64,000 nt of DNA from the NCBI GenBank assembly GCA_965220045.1, contig OZ244803.1, forward strand, positions 2,074,913 through 2,138,912, given 5' to 3'. Under the pieces are notes generated by a model. The model had not been told where the DNA came from. It was given only the letters and a program-made list of their open reading frames with translations, and did no database searches. A program made the position numbers and the translations under genes. Source of the stretch: Chloroflexota bacterium (GTDB lineage Bacteria > Chloroflexota > UBA11872 > VXOZ01). Shown here one piece after another: positions 28,787 to 40,346 of the stretch (position 1 is the first letter of the stretch; every line of letters begins with the position of its first letter).

Positions 28787-29530
28787 CTACGTCTCAAGCT
28801 GGGGTGGGGGGAGAAGCTGCGTGACGTGCGCCATGGCGGCGTCGACGTGGCGTTTGCCGTCCTGCAAGCTGATGCTCACGTGGCCGGGGAAGAACTGCGT
28901 AAACTCCAGTTCGGCGAATCGCTCAACGGTAGCGATCGACTCCTCAAGCGAGCAATCCCAGATGTTTTGGAGCAAGATACGTCCGCCAAAGAAGAGGGCG
29001 TCGCCGCTGAAGAGAGCGTTGCCAGCACCATCGTCCACGAGAAACGCCAGATGTCCCTGGCTATGCCCATCGGCCTTGACGACCTTCACGGAAAGCGCGC
29101 CCACGTGAATCACATCGCCATCTGAAGCGCCGGTTGCGGAGTCCACGGGCCGCAGGCGGTTCTCCACCGGGTACATGCCGGTCTGACGCGCGGCCACCAG
29201 GCTCGCCGCCTCTTCATCACCGCTTTCCAGCCAGCCCGCCACGTCTTGGGAGGCAACAATTTCGGCGCCGCTCAGCCGCTGCAACTCCGCCGCGCCGCCG
29301 GCATGGTCGAGGTGCAGGTGGGTAATGAATATCTTCGCAATGTCGCCGGGGGCAAAGCCTGCTGCCTGTATCTGGTCTACTATCGCCGGTACGTCTCTGC
29401 CCACGCCGGTATCGATCAGGGCCAGTTCCGATCCACCATCGAGCAGATAGACGTGACAATCCAGCGGGTGGGTAAGACTGAATCCGTTCTGACCGCTACC
29501 GACGAGATGTACGGTTTCCGTAAGTTGCAT
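28787..29530 (-). CDS. MBL-fold metallo-hydrolase
   Basis: ITHLHLDHAGG (HxHxDH) and a later H (KADGHSQGH). 247 aa. Confidence 0.85.
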   Translation of the reverse strand: MQLTETVHLVGSGQNGFSLTHPLDCHVYLLDGGSELALIDTGVGRDVPAIVDQIQAAGFAPGDIAKIFITHLHLDHAGGAAELQRLSGAEIVASQDVAGWLESGDEEAASLVAARQTGMYPVENRLRPVDSATGASDGDVIHVGALSVKVVKADGHSQGHLAFLVDDGAGNALFSGDALFFGGRILLQNIWDCSLEESIATVERFAELEFTQFFPGHVSISLQDGKRHVDAAMAHVTQLLPPPQLET

Positions 29531-29726
29531 TGGCTTCGTTCTTTCTTAGCAGGGACTCTTGCCAAAACGGTCCACGCATGCGGCATGGATATGCCCTAGG
29601 AGGGTCCCGCCCTTACTTCAGACTCTCCCCCGGTCGACCATTTGCGAAGCCCTTTCTTCCATGTAGGAGACCTTTGCTCAACTAGGTCTAGAGGGTAAGG
29701 AAGTACCCCCTCTCCCTGGGGGGGGG

Positions 29727-30991
29727 TGTACAGACTGGGCTGATAGGTAACAGGTGTTCGGGTTGATAGGTTACACATTTTGATCTCTGAGGTCTATGGA
29801 TTTTATGCGTTGTATTGAGAAGTACACGTTCCAGACGCCGTCTGTTTGGGTGGGTCGCAGTGCGACCTGTTTGTGAGTGAAGGCTCTGCCAACACGGAGC
29901 TTCCTGCCCTGGAAGGAGATGCGGCCGGAGACATCGACGCTGCGCACCTGATCGTCGGGGCTGTATGCAAGGGCAGGCAGGGTCTCGGGGAAGGAGCGTG
30001 CACTGGGAGTGTACCGGCTGATGGGAGTGTCGAGGTTCAGGGAATGATGGGGGCGTTCCAGGTTGTAGAATTCACGCCAAGTGTCGAAGGCGCGTTGGCA
30101 GTGCTCCAGGTCGGTGAAGGTACGGCCCTGCAGCAATTCGCTCTTCAGCGAGCGGTGGAAGCGTTCGAGCTTGCCGAGGGTTTGGGGATGGTTGGGGCGG
30201 CTGTGGCGCACGTTGATGCCCAGGTGCATGAGCCAGACGGTGAAGGGCGTGTAGGGCTGTCCGGCGTTGTTGCCCCAGGGGGCGCCGTTATCCATGAGCA
30301 TGGCCTGGGGCAGGCCGTAGCCGCGAAAGACTGTGGTGAGGCGGTCTTGCACCGTTGCTCCCTGCTGGTTGGCACAGGCTTGGAGAGCGAGGTTGAAGCG
30401 AGAATGATCGTCCAGGAGAGTGAGCGGATGGCAGCGGTCGTGCTGCATGGCGAAATGCCCTTTGAAGTCCAGCTGCCACAACGCGTTGGGATCGGGATAT
30501 TCAAAGCGCACCTGGGGCGTGTGCTTGGCGCTTTCCGTTTCATCAATGAGCCCAGAGCGCTTGAGTATGGCTTGGATCGTGCTCTTGGCCGGCACGTTGG
30601 TGACCCCTTGGTTCTGCAACATTCTGTGCAGCACATGGGCACCCTTGCCCGGATGCGCCAGCCGCAGCGCGATGATGCGGTCCTCCATCTCCCGGCTCGT
30701 GCGGTGCGGACACGTGTGCGTGCGGTGCGACCGGTCCTGCAGACCGTTGGCGCCACTCTCCGCGTACCGCCGCAGCGTCTTGTACCCTGTCTTGCGACTG
30801 ATCCCCATGCGCCGACACAGCTCACTCATGTTCGCCCCGTCAGTCAGCGCCAGGGCGATAAACTCTTCCCGAGCAGACATAAGCGTTTCCACCTTCCACG
30901 GCATGGTCATCCTCCTGCTGCAAGATTCTCCATGCCTTTAGGTGTAACCCATCAGCCCGAACAAGTGTTACCCATCAACCCGGTCTATACA
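29727..30991 (-). mobile_element. IS481-family insertion sequence (1265 bp) with 50-bp imperfect terminal inverted repeats
   Basis: Left end is tgtacagactgggctgataggtaacaggtgttcgggttgataggttacac. The reverse complement of the right end (30942-30991) is tgtatagaccgggttgatgggtaacacttgttcgggctgatgggttacac. My alignment gives 42/50 identical. Each TIR holds two ~23-bp sub-repeats. Confidence 0.85.
29771..30910 (-). CDS. IS481-family transposase (HTH plus rve/DDE integrase core)
   Basis: MTMPWKVETLMSAREEFIALAL...MSELCRRMGISRKTGYK (HTH), WQLDFKG, DNGAPW and a later E. The stop codon lies inside the left TIR. Confidence 0.85.
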   Translation of the reverse strand: MTMPWKVETLMSAREEFIALALTDGANMSELCRRMGISRKTGYKTLRRYAESGANGLQDRSHRTHTCPHRTSREMEDRIIALRLAHPGKGAHVLHRMLQNQGVTNVPAKSTIQAILKRSGLIDETESAKHTPQVRFEYPDPNALWQLDFKGHFAMQHDRCHPLTLLDDHSRFNLALQACANQQGATVQDRLTTVFRGYGLPQAMLMDNGAPWGNNAGQPYTPFTVWLMHLGINVRHSRPNHPQTLGKLERFHRSLKSELLQGRTFTDLEHCQRAFDTWREFYNLERPHHSLNLDTPISRYTPSARSFPETLPALAYSPDDQVRSVDVSGRISFQGRKLRVGRAFTHKQVALRPTQTDGVWNVYFSIQRIKSIDLRDQNV

Positions 30992-31148
30992 GGGGAGAGG
31001 GCTGGGGTGAGGGGATTCCTTGCCGTTCTAATCGTATGACATATACAGTCAATACATATCTAAGCCAAACTGGCTGGCGTTTAGAGCAGATTCACCCTCA
31101 CCCCCGTATCCTCCGATACTGTGTATCGGCTTACGGGGCAGGCTCTAA

Positions 31149-31171
31149 CCCTCTCCCGTCAAGGGAGAGGG
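31149..31171. repeat. REP-type perfect hairpin ccctctccc-gtcaa-gggagaggg
   Basis: Perfect 9-bp stem. The same arm sequences flank the IS element at 29708-29716 and 30993-31001. Confidence 0.8.
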
Positions 31172-31384
31172 GACTACCTCGCTGTGGCGGGGGCTATGCA
31201 AAGGTCTCCATGTTGGGGGCCTGAAATGAGGGAGAATACCGACTTTGCCGCCAACAAGTCCCAAACTTCCCCTTGCTTCCCTGGATTCCGGCTATCGCCG
31301 GAATGACGATGCAATGCAGGGCCTCAAAATTGAGACAGGGATGCTGTATCTCGCTTCCACGAGTGCGAGCGGTTACTGCATTCG

Positions 31385-31885
31385 TCAACGGCGGATGAGA
31401 CGGAAGAGGACATAGCACAGACCGATGATAAGGCCGCAGATGGCCGCGCCGCGGGTATCGAGCAGCGTATTGACGTTGCCATTTACACGGCCGCCAACCA
31501 CCACCACGCTCGCCACCTGCTCGGCTTCGATCTGCCCGCCGACGATCCACTGCGACACTGAGTAATTCGTATCCACGCTGCCACCGACCACCAGCCACGT
31601 GGCTCCTTCCGTCACGCTCACTTCATGACCGGCGGCGATGCCTGTGAGCCCCTGCTGCAGGGAAGCGGCCTCAGCCTGCACGACCCCCGCAGCGGTATTC
31701 TGCATGTCGATGTCGTCCGCGACCACGTGCCGCACGAGGCTATTGGTGATCTGGAAGCGCTCGTCTACGTCAGTGCCGTCTCCGACTGCTGCTGGATCGG
31801 CGTCGCTTTGCGCACCGTTGGTCGCGTCTTCCGAAACGTCTTTGCTCGCCGGCACATTTTGCGGCTGCACTTCAGAAGACTCCAT
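31385..31885 (-). CDS. hypothetical tail-anchored membrane protein
   Basis: ATG 31885 preceded by AAGAGG. An acidic N-terminus is followed by a Gly/Val-rich repetitive region and the C-terminal TM AAICGLIIGLCYVLFRLI. No recognised family. Confidence 0.5.
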   Translation of the reverse strand: MESSEVQPQNVPASKDVSEDATNGAQSDADPAAVGDGTDVDERFQITNSLVRHVVADDIDMQNTAAGVVQAEAASLQQGLTGIAAGHEVSVTEGATWLVVGGSVDTNYSVSQWIVGGQIEAEQVASVVVVGGRVNGNVNTLLDTRGAAICGLIIGLCYVLFRLIRR

Positions 31886-31993
31886 TATCGGCACCTCTTC
31901 TTCGCTATCCACGATTCGTTCGTTTCTTCCTTGATTGCCATTCACCCTACACACTCTATGATACCAGCCCCACACCAGGGGCAAGCGAGCGCG

Positions 31994-33160
31994 CTATGGC
32001 GCGGCCGTGCGCGCGTAATCCATGACTTGCTTGACAGGCACCTGTGCCGCCGCCGCTACCCGCAGGCAGTCATCGTATTCGGGGCTGCGATTGACCACCT
32101 GGCCGTGCCAATACGCCACCTTTCTCCGCACCGTTCCCCAAGGAGTCTCTACGTGCTCGACCTCTCGGCGCAACTTGATACGGTCAACCCGATGCAGGCG
32201 CACACCAATGGTTGTCGTCTCTCGAAAGATTATGTCCAGCAGCGGCCCGTGGTCTGTAGCTTCCGTTAGCACACTGAGCACGTGGCCCGGCCTCCCCTTC
32301 TTCAATTGGACCGGGGTCAGCGAGACATCCAGCGCGCCAGCCGCAAACAATTGTGTGGAGACGTGACCGTACACTTGCGGATTCATGTCGTCAATCGTCG
32401 TTTCGATGACGGTTGCCATGCCACTCGTGTCCTCAGCGGAATCCTCTCCCACGACGAGGCGCAGTACATTGGGAATAGCAGTGTCGCGCATGCCCGCGCC
32501 ATAGCCGATGGACTTCGCGCGCATGACCGGCATCAGCCCGAATTCACCAGCCAGCTCACTGAGCAGGAGCGCGCCGGTGGGCGTGAGTGTCTCTCCCATG
32601 TCCGGCACGGCGTAGATGGGCTTATCTTTCATGAGATCGAGCGTCGCCGGACCCGGAATCGGCCACCAGCCGTGGCGGGTCTGAATGGGCGGGCAACCGC
32701 CGACATTGACCGGCGAGCAGACGATCCGCTCGATGCCGAGCGCCTTGAGCCCCGCCACGACGCCCACGACGTCGAGGATTGAATCAACCGCGCCGACTTC
32801 GTGGAAATGCACCGCTTCCGGCGCGACGCCGTGCATGCGTCCCTCGACTTCTGCCAGCCGCACGAAGAGCCGCCTACTCGTGGCTACGATGTCTTCGTCA
32901 AGGCTGCTTGCCTCAAGCAATTGCAGAATGTCGTTGAGATTCCGCTCTACTGTGTGCTCTTTGGCATCGATCTCGATATGGATTTGCAGGGCGCGCAGCA
33001 ACCCCTTGCGCACTTCCTCCGCGCGAACCTTATACCCGCCAAGCGGAATTCGGGAAAATGTCGCCTTGAGGTCGTCCAGCGGCCACCCGCAGTCCACCAA
33101 TGCGCCAAGCAGCATGTCGCCGGACGCGCCCGCGAAGCAATCAAGAAAGGCGACTCTCAT
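31994..33160 (-). CDS. larC: nickel-pincer cofactor nickel insertase (DUF111)
   Basis: MRVAFLDCFAGASGDMLLGALVDCG N-terminus, 388 aa. The start overlaps the larB stop (ATGA). Confidence 0.85.
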   Translation of the reverse strand: MRVAFLDCFAGASGDMLLGALVDCGWPLDDLKATFSRIPLGGYKVRAEEVRKGLLRALQIHIEIDAKEHTVERNLNDILQLLEASSLDEDIVATSRRLFVRLAEVEGRMHGVAPEAVHFHEVGAVDSILDVVGVVAGLKALGIERIVCSPVNVGGCPPIQTRHGWWPIPGPATLDLMKDKPIYAVPDMGETLTPTGALLLSELAGEFGLMPVMRAKSIGYGAGMRDTAIPNVLRLVVGEDSAEDTSGMATVIETTIDDMNPQVYGHVSTQLFAAGALDVSLTPVQLKKGRPGHVLSVLTEATDHGPLLDIIFRETTTIGVRLHRVDRIKLRREVEHVETPWGTVRRKVAYWHGQVVNRSPEYDDCLRVAAAAQVPVKQVMDYARTAAP

Positions 33161-33933
33161 GGCTCCGGCTGCTCCCCAACCTCTGCTGCCATGCGGCAGA
33201 TCAGACCGGCCATGTAACCGGCGCCAAACCCATTGTCGATGTTGACCACGGAGAGTCCGGCGGCGCAGCTATTGAGCATGGTGAGGAGAGGCGTCAAACC
33301 GCCTAAGGAAGCGCCGTAACCGACACTCGTCGGCACGGCAATGACGGGGCGATCGATCAAGCCGGCGAGCACGCTTGGCAGCGCACCCTCCATGCCGGCC
33401 ACGGCAACGACCGCCCGGGCCCGCTGCACCACATCGAGGTTCAACAGGAGACGGTGCAGGCCTGCCACTCCCACGTCCGTCAGGCGATCCACCCGGCAAC
33501 CCATGAGTTCAGCGGTAAGACCGGCTTCAGCGGCCACCGGCAAGTCCGCCGTGCCCGCCGCAACCACCGCGACACGCCCATGGACGAGGCGCTGTGCGGT
33601 CCGCCGGACCACGATTGCGCGGGCATCCTCATGGTATTCGGCACTCGGAATGCGCGCTTGCACCGCTGCAGAGAGTTCCGGAGACGCCCGTGTAGCCAGC
33701 ACTGTCTGATCATGGGCCAGAAGCTCCTCCGCAATGCCGATGACTTGCGGCGCCGTCTTGCCAGGACAGAAGATCACCTCCGGAAAGCCGACCCGCAATT
33801 GGCGCTGCGCATCAACCTTGGCAAAGCCGAGATCTTCGTAAGGAGCCAAGCGGATGCGGCGCACGGCCTGCTCGATGTCAATAGAGCCGCGCTGCACGTC
33901 CGCTAACAACGCACGCAGAGTGTTCGTATCCAT
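33157..33933 (-). CDS. larB: nickel-pincer cofactor biosynthesis protein LarB (AIR-carboxylase-like)
   Basis: YEDLGFAKVDAQRQLRVGFPEVIFCPGKT, followed by a PurE-like domain (AVVAAGTADLPVAAEA ... AVAGMEGALPSVLAGL). Confidence 0.85.
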   Translation of the reverse strand: MDTNTLRALLADVQRGSIDIEQAVRRIRLAPYEDLGFAKVDAQRQLRVGFPEVIFCPGKTAPQVIGIAEELLAHDQTVLATRASPELSAAVQARIPSAEYHEDARAIVVRRTAQRLVHGRVAVVAAGTADLPVAAEAGLTAELMGCRVDRLTDVGVAGLHRLLLNLDVVQRARAVVAVAGMEGALPSVLAGLIDRPVIAVPTSVGYGASLGGLTPLLTMLNSCAAGLSVVNIDNGFGAGYMAGLICRMAAEVGEQPEP

Positions 33934-33938
33934 AGGGC

Positions 33939-36120
<2,182 letters not shown>

Positions 36121-36251
36121 CTCGCTCCAACCCCTCTCTTGCTGCTGTGTATCTCTCCCGATTGACCCCAAGTATCGCAGTGATTTGAGCTAGACACCTT
36201 CACCATCGACTCAAACCGAACCTATCCGGCATGAGTGTCGCTGACATTGTG

Positions 36252-36893
36252 CTACCGCGAGAACGAAAGTGCCTCTTCTCGCGCCATTGCCACTTGGGTG
36301 TATGCCGCAAGACGTTCGCGCATGGCCGAGACGACGCTTTCATCCTTGATGTAACCCAGGCTGGCCTCAATCGTGACTACCGTCCCCTGCAGCGCAGCGT
36401 CTGTCAAGAGCACCGCCATGATTGCATCTGAAACCAGGTTGGTATTACCGTGCTTCACGAGCCACAGGGCATGCTCGCTAACGGCAGCGCACGCGTCCGC
36501 AATCTCGAACAGTATCTCGGTAGCCTGAACCGACGCCTGTTGGATGTGCTTGTTACGCGCCGCGCGTTCCGCACCAGTGCCGCGAGGCATGGCAAAACCC
36601 TGTCCGACGACGCCATAGGCATCGATGTCCTTCTGCACCAGACTCTCTAACAACGGCATGGCTTGGCCCAAATCCGCCAGCCGTTCCGCAACTTCCGGTG
36701 CGACCGCGGCATATTTCTTCCTGCCCTGCGTGAAATTGGCGACCATCGCAGACAAGCCTGCGGCGAGCGCCCCCACGAGCGCGGCTACACTGCCGCCTCC
36801 TGGGGTCGGCTCATTGGCTGCAAGCGCTTCTAAGTAAGCATGGATGCTCTGCTCGGTAATCACGACGTTCTCTTCCTCTCGCCTGCCGGTCAC
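36252..36893 (-). CDS. cyclodeaminase/cyclohydrolase-family protein (FTCD C-terminal-like, methenyl-THF cyclohydrolase type)
   Basis: EPTPGGGSVAALVGALAAGLSAMVANFT signature. The GTG start overlaps the purN stop (GTGA). Confidence 0.75.
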   Translation of the reverse strand: MTGRREEENVVITEQSIHAYLEALAANEPTPGGGSVAALVGALAAGLSAMVANFTQGRKKYAAVAPEVAERLADLGQAMPLLESLVQKDIDAYGVVGQGFAMPRGTGAERAARNKHIQQASVQATEILFEIADACAAVSEHALWLVKHGNTNLVSDAIMAVLLTDAALQGTVVTIEASLGYIKDESVVSAMRERLAAYTQVAMAREEALSFSR

Positions 36894-37552
36894 GGCGCGT
36901 CACCCCACCAGCGGGAAGGGATTGCACCCGCTATCTGCACTCTATCATTCTCAATGTGCACTCTGCCTTCGGCAAACCACTGCACGACCTGCGGCAAGAG
37001 TCGATGCTCCTGTGCCAGGATGCGTTTCGCCAGAGTCTCCACTGTATCGCCCGCGAGTACGGGCACGGCGGCTTGCGCGATGATTGGTCCAGCGTCCACT
37101 TCAGCGGTGGCAACATGCACGGTGCAGCCCGCGATCTTCACGCCGGCCTTCAAAGCATCTTCCTGCGGCTGTGGATTCATGCCGCCGGCAAAGGCGGGCA
37201 AAAGGGACGGATGAATGTTAATGATCCGATTGGGATAGGCATCCACCCACGCCCGCGAAAGAATCCGGTCAAAACCCCCAAGCACGATAAGTTCCGCGCC
37301 ATGGGACTGTGCGCAGTCCAACATTGCTTCGTGTTGCGCCTCGCGAGTCTCAAAATCGCGCCGCACGAAGACGAATGCGGCAATGCCGGCAGCGCGCGCC
37401 CGCTGTATGCCCGGCGCGTTCTTGTGGTTGCAGATAACGGCGGCAATCTCAGCATGCAGGCGTTCCTGTTCGATTGCGTCGATGAGCGCCTGCAAGTTGC
37501 TGCCGCGCCCCGAAATCAACACCGCAATGCGTAAGGCCGTATCTCCCGCCAA
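36890..37552 (-). CDS. purN: phosphoribosylglycinamide formyltransferase
   Basis: LRIAVLISGRGSNLQALID, NIHPSLLPAF and the D in VDAGPII. TTG start at 37552. Confidence 0.9.
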   Translation of the reverse strand: MAGDTALRIAVLISGRGSNLQALIDAIEQERLHAEIAAVICNHKNAPGIQRARAAGIAAFVFVRRDFETREAQHEAMLDCAQSHGAELIVLGGFDRILSRAWVDAYPNRIINIHPSLLPAFAGGMNPQPQEDALKAGVKIAGCTVHVATAEVDAGPIIAQAAVPVLAGDTVETLAKRILAQEHRLLPQVVQWFAEGRVHIENDRVQIAGAIPSRWWGDAP

Positions 37553-37584
37553 TTTCGAAACACCGCTTCTCTGCTGTTACAGGA

Positions 37585-38616
37585 TTACCGCTCAACGATC
37601 ACGCGAGGCTCGCCGGCGCAGCTCTCAACATTGCCTATGCGGCACAGGGACGGTTCCAGGAGCTGCGCTTCCTCCGCCTCGCCCTCAGCGCAGATCACCA
37701 CATAGCCGACGCCCATATTGAAAACATGGCACATCTCATCAAACGCTACCACTCCGCGCTCCTGAATGAGCGGGAAAATGGGCGGTACCGGCCAAGATCC
37801 CCACTGCAAGCGAACCTGGGTTTCTTGCGGCAACACCCGCGGGATGTTTTCCCACAGTCCGCCGCCCGTTATATGGGCCATGCCCTTTATGTCGAGTTTG
37901 GAGCGCAGATGCTGTACGGGGTGCAGATAGCAGGTATGCACCGCCAGCAGCGCATCAGCCAGCGATTCTCCCAGTGTCGGCTCTGTCTCCTCTAACGCAT
38001 CTTCAGCAAAGACACGGCGGGCCAACGAATAGCCATTCGTATGCAGACCGTTGCTGGGAAATGCCAAGACCGCATCGCCCGGCTCGATTCGTTCACCGCT
38101 GACGATTTGCGCCCGTTCCACAACGCCTACAATGGTACCGGCAAGGTCAAAGTCGCCTGCCGCGTAGAGGTCGGGTATCTCCGCCAATTCGCCGCCCAGC
38201 AGCGCACACCCGCCCTCTCTGCACGCCGCTGCCGCACCGGAGACCGCATCTCGCATGACCTCGGGCACCAGCTTGCCTACCCCTACATAGTCCAGAAAAA
38301 ACAGCGGCCGCGCGCCGAGGGTGAGAATGTCGTTGATGCAGTGATTGACGATGTCTTGCCCGACCGTGTCGTACCGCTTCAGCAGTGTCGCCAGCTTGAT
38401 CTTGCTGCCGACACTGTCGGTGCTCGCCACAAGGACGGGTTCTGAGTAGTGGGACGGCAACTGAAAGAGACCGCCAAAGCTGCCGATACCGGTAAGAACT
38501 TCCGGTCCGTGGGTGGACTCCACCTGCGTTTTGAAGAGGCGTACGGCCTCATTGCCGGCGTCGATGTCTACACCGGCCTGCCGGTAGGTCGAAGGAGGGT
38601 GGCGTGTGTCACGCAT
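37585..38616 (-). CDS. purM: phosphoribosylformylglycinamidine cyclo-ligase
   Basis: YRQAGVDIDAGNEAV, DGVGTK-like STDSVGSKIK and HITGGG motifs. ATG 38616 preferred over TTG 38655. Confidence 0.9.
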   Translation of the reverse strand: MRDTRHPPSTYRQAGVDIDAGNEAVRLFKTQVESTHGPEVLTGIGSFGGLFQLPSHYSEPVLVASTDSVGSKIKLATLLKRYDTVGQDIVNHCINDILTLGARPLFFLDYVGVGKLVPEVMRDAVSGAAAACREGGCALLGGELAEIPDLYAAGDFDLAGTIVGVVERAQIVSGERIEPGDAVLAFPSNGLHTNGYSLARRVFAEDALEETEPTLGESLADALLAVHTCYLHPVQHLRSKLDIKGMAHITGGGLWENIPRVLPQETQVRLQWGSWPVPPIFPLIQERGVVAFDEMCHVFNMGVGYVVICAEGEAEEAQLLEPSLCRIGNVESCAGEPRVIVER

Positions 38617-38858
38617 TGGCCGAGACCAGCCGCTGGATACGCAAGCCGGCGGCAAGACGAAACGGGTTCGTAATATGCGGAGAGGAACTCGATGCGGCCG
38701 CGCTAGGGCCGATTGCTATCACTTGCGGGCGAGACCCGGAGGACCCATGTGTGAATCCAACCCTATGCGCAGTTCCAAATCTAGGCAAGGCGAAAGTCCC
38801 CTGGTACTTCAATGTGCTCCGCAAAACGCAATCGCACCCGCGCAGTCCGCAACCGCCG

Positions 38859-40313
38859 TCATGAAACCGGCTCCCGCACTTGCTCGAGCGACAGCTTGTC
38901 GAATTCCATCTGCACAGGCACCGGATAATCGCCATTGAAGCATGCCAGGCAGAAGTGACTGTACGGGAGGTCTACGGCCTCCACGATACCCTCGATGCTC
39001 AGGTATCCCAAGCTATCCGCCTGAATGGCATTGCCGACAGCCAGTTCGGCTTCCTCTTGCGACTGGAACGCTGACGCGATGATCTCATCCCGTGTCGGCA
39101 TGTCAACGCCCAGGAAACAAGGATGACGAATTGGCGGCGCCGCAATGCGCACGTGAACTTCCACCGCACCGGCTTGGCGCAACATCTTGACGATAGGCAG
39201 CGTGTTCGTGCCGCGCACGATGGAGTCGTCAACTACTACCACCCGCTGTCCTTCCAACACCTCCGGCATGGGATTGTACTTCAAGAGCACACCCTCCCGG
39301 CGCAGTTGGTCGGTCGGCTGGATAAACGTCCGATGAATGTAGCGGTTGCGCACCAGGCCGTCGCGCAACGGTATTCCACTCTCCTCGGCGTATCCCTGTG
39401 CCGCGGCAATGGCGCATTCCGGCACGCCCATAACTAAGTCAGCACCCGGAGCCGGACGTTCCCGCGCGAGTTGGCGGCCCATCTCGCGCCGGGCGTGGTA
39501 GAGCAGCGTATCCTCTATGTAGGAGTCCGGTCGCGCAAGATACATAAACTCAAACATGCAGACTGCCCGCTTCGTAACCGGCTGAACGCGATAAGACCGC
39601 AGCCCTTCCTCACCAATCGAAATCAATTCTCCGGGCTCAATCTCACGCACAAACTCCGCACCGACGGTCTTCAGCGCGCAACTCTCTGAAGCCACCACCC
39701 ACGATCCTTCGAGGTTCCCCAGGCAGAGCGGACGATTTCCCAGAGAGTCTCGCGCCGCCAAAACGTGGTCTGCGGTCGCCATTACAAAGGTGTATGAACC
39801 AACCAAGCGAGGTAGAGTGTGTTGCAGTTTCTCCGGCCACGTCGTCCCCGGCGCGAGCGCAATGAGCCACGCCGCAATCTCGCTATCGGTTGAGGACTTG
39901 GGCCGGACACCGAACTCATCGAGGTCCTTCAGTAATTGGTCTGCATTGACGAGATTGCCATTGTGGGCTAGTGCGAAAGGGCCCAGCGGACCCTCAATGA
40001 AGATGGGCTGGGAATTGTCTTCCCTGCTCGAACCCTTCGTGGAGTAGCGCGTATGCCCAACAGCCAGAATGCCCTGCAAGTCTTCCAGGATTTCTTCCGA
40101 GAATACGTGAGAAACCAGCCCCATGCGGCGGTAGACCTGCATGCGCTTGCCGTCGGCGCTGGCAATGCCGGCGCTCTCCTGGCCGCGATGCTGCAGCGCA
40201 TGCAAACCGAAGTACGTGAGTTTCGCAACGTCCAACTCACGGCCGTAGATGCCAAAGACGCCGCACGCTTCGCGCGGGGAATCAGTGTCGGCGGTAGCTG
40301 GTGTTCGGTCCAT
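38859..40313 (-). CDS. purF: amidophosphoribosyltransferase
   Basis: CGVFGIYG Ntn nucleophile region, HRGQESAGIA, and the PRTase motif VVVVDDSIVRGTN. Confidence 0.95.
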   Translation of the reverse strand: MDRTPATADTDSPREACGVFGIYGRELDVAKLTYFGLHALQHRGQESAGIASADGKRMQVYRRMGLVSHVFSEEILEDLQGILAVGHTRYSTKGSSREDNSQPIFIEGPLGPFALAHNGNLVNADQLLKDLDEFGVRPKSSTDSEIAAWLIALAPGTTWPEKLQHTLPRLVGSYTFVMATADHVLAARDSLGNRPLCLGNLEGSWVVASESCALKTVGAEFVREIEPGELISIGEEGLRSYRVQPVTKRAVCMFEFMYLARPDSYIEDTLLYHARREMGRQLARERPAPGADLVMGVPECAIAAAQGYAEESGIPLRDGLVRNRYIHRTFIQPTDQLRREGVLLKYNPMPEVLEGQRVVVVDDSIVRGTNTLPIVKMLRQAGAVEVHVRIAAPPIRHPCFLGVDMPTRDEIIASAFQSQEEAELAVGNAIQADSLGYLSIEGIVEAVDLPYSHFCLACFNGDYPVPVQMEFDKLSLEQVREPVS

Positions 40314-40346
40314 GGCGCGCGCTGCCCCCTCTGATTTTGCGTGCCG

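Noticed and set aside
29846-31039. 397-aa plus-strand ORF inside the IS element
   Set aside because: Antisense to the intact IS481-type transposase. It extends through the TIR, and I recognise no domain in it.
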